DNA of 64,000 nucleotides from Escherichia coli (GTDB lineage Bacteria; Pseudomonadota; Gammaproteobacteria; Enterobacterales; Enterobacteriaceae): NCBI RefSeq assembly GCF_024298765.1, contig NZ_CP101210.1; one strand, 5' to 3'. Shown piece by piece: positions 63,380 to 64,000 of this stretch (position 1 is its first letter; each line of letters starts with the position of its first letter). The notes under the pieces were generated by a model. It saw only the letters and a program-made list of their open reading frames with translations, ran no database searches and was not told where the DNA came from. The position numbers and the translations under genes were made by a program.

Positions 63380-64000
63380 TAAAAATAGACCGGACGAAAT
63401 CCCCCTGGTGACAGCGAGCGGCGGATATGTTCACGGTCGGCATTTTTCGGCGTCATGACTAAAATCGGTGGGCTGACATTATCAGACACCGATTGCCCCT
63501 GTAATTGCCTGATGGCCTGCTCAACCGCCAGTTCCCCCTGCCAGACCATTTGATCGCTGGCAGCCATAATGACTCTCCCTCGCTTCAGGCCTCGGTATAC
63601 CTGATGCGACAGATAAAACGATACCACGGTAAGCGGCGTTTTCAGGTTACGCCCTTCCCCCATTGCCGCCTCTGCCGCAATGGCCGTTCCGGCAACGACG
63701 TCGATTTCTGGATGGCGCTCCAGCATCTCCTGCAACAGGTTACGCTGGATTTCAATATCGTTGTCACCGAGCGCAATATCGACAATACGCACCGGGCTTC
63801 CGGCAATGGCTGCGCGAAAACCCTCGACCATCTCCTTACTACCCCCGGCGTTATCGGGGCCGGGCATCAACAGCACGTTCAGTGGTTTACCGTGCGCCCA
63901 TTGCACAAGATATCGCCCTGGTTGATAGCCCATCTGAAACCAGGGCACACCAACGCGGCTTTTCACGTGGGGAGCATCAATAGCATTTACCAGTTCGATC
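63352..64000 (-). CDS. torT: Periplasmic TMAO-binding protein TorT, C-terminal part; 5' end beyond the window
   Basis: ORF 63352..63966 (-) and upstream frame continue to the window edge; periplasmic-binding-protein-like; convergent with and overlapping the torR 3' end. Confidence 0.8.
   Translation of the reverse strand, partial: IELVNAIDAPHVKSRVGVPWFQMGYQPGRYLVQWAHGKPLNVLLMPGPDNAGGSKEMVEGFRAAIAGSPVRIVDIALGDNDIEIQRNLLQEMLERHPEIDVVAGTAIAAEAAMGEGRNLKTPLTVVSFYLSHQVYRGLKRGRVIMAASDQMVWQGELAVEQAIRQLQGQSVSDNVSPPILVMTPKNADREHIRRSLSPGGFRPVYFYQHTSAAKK

Overview
This window reads as an Escherichia coli-type chromosomal segment, running from rimJ (partial) through mdtH, grxB, yceB, pyrC, dinI, bssS, solA, yceO, yceJ, yceI, yceA, lpxL, mdtG, msyB, yceK, opgHG/opgC, clsC, ymdB, ymdA, the divergent curli operons csgBAC/csgDEFG, ycdZYX, ghrA, tRNA-Ser (serX-like), phoH, efeBOU, putP/putA, rutR, rutABCDEFG, ymdF, wrbA, yccJ, agp, cbpAM and torDAC/torR to torT (partial). 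Gene identities and lengths are from my recall of the proteins and of the K-12 gene order (inverted relative to MG1655 as I remember it); no database search was run. Most of the window is ordinary core genome. Two places are not. (1) mdtG is split by an AT-rich insertion of about 4.3 kb (about 10655-14954) that carries a large serine recombinase, a resolvase-type small serine recombinase, a membrane/coiled-coil protein of unknown function, and a 1.1 kb ORF-free segment with a recurring hairpin motif. It has imperfect terminal inverted repeats and no transposase, relaxase or phage genes, and I consider it the best candidate for an undescribed element or system. (2) The region downstream of the tRNA-Ser has about 180 bp tandem duplications of the tRNA 3' end plus terminator, an IS3-family element with target-site duplication and apparently frameshifted transposase, and an orphan membrane-anchored protein, where I recall K-12 carrying pgaABCD-ycdT-ycdU. 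No CRISPR array or rRNA was seen. Known regulatory signals visible in the sequence include a LexA box at dinI, five GTTGCA PutA operator motifs, tor boxes, a sigma54 promoter at rutA and REP/BIME clusters.
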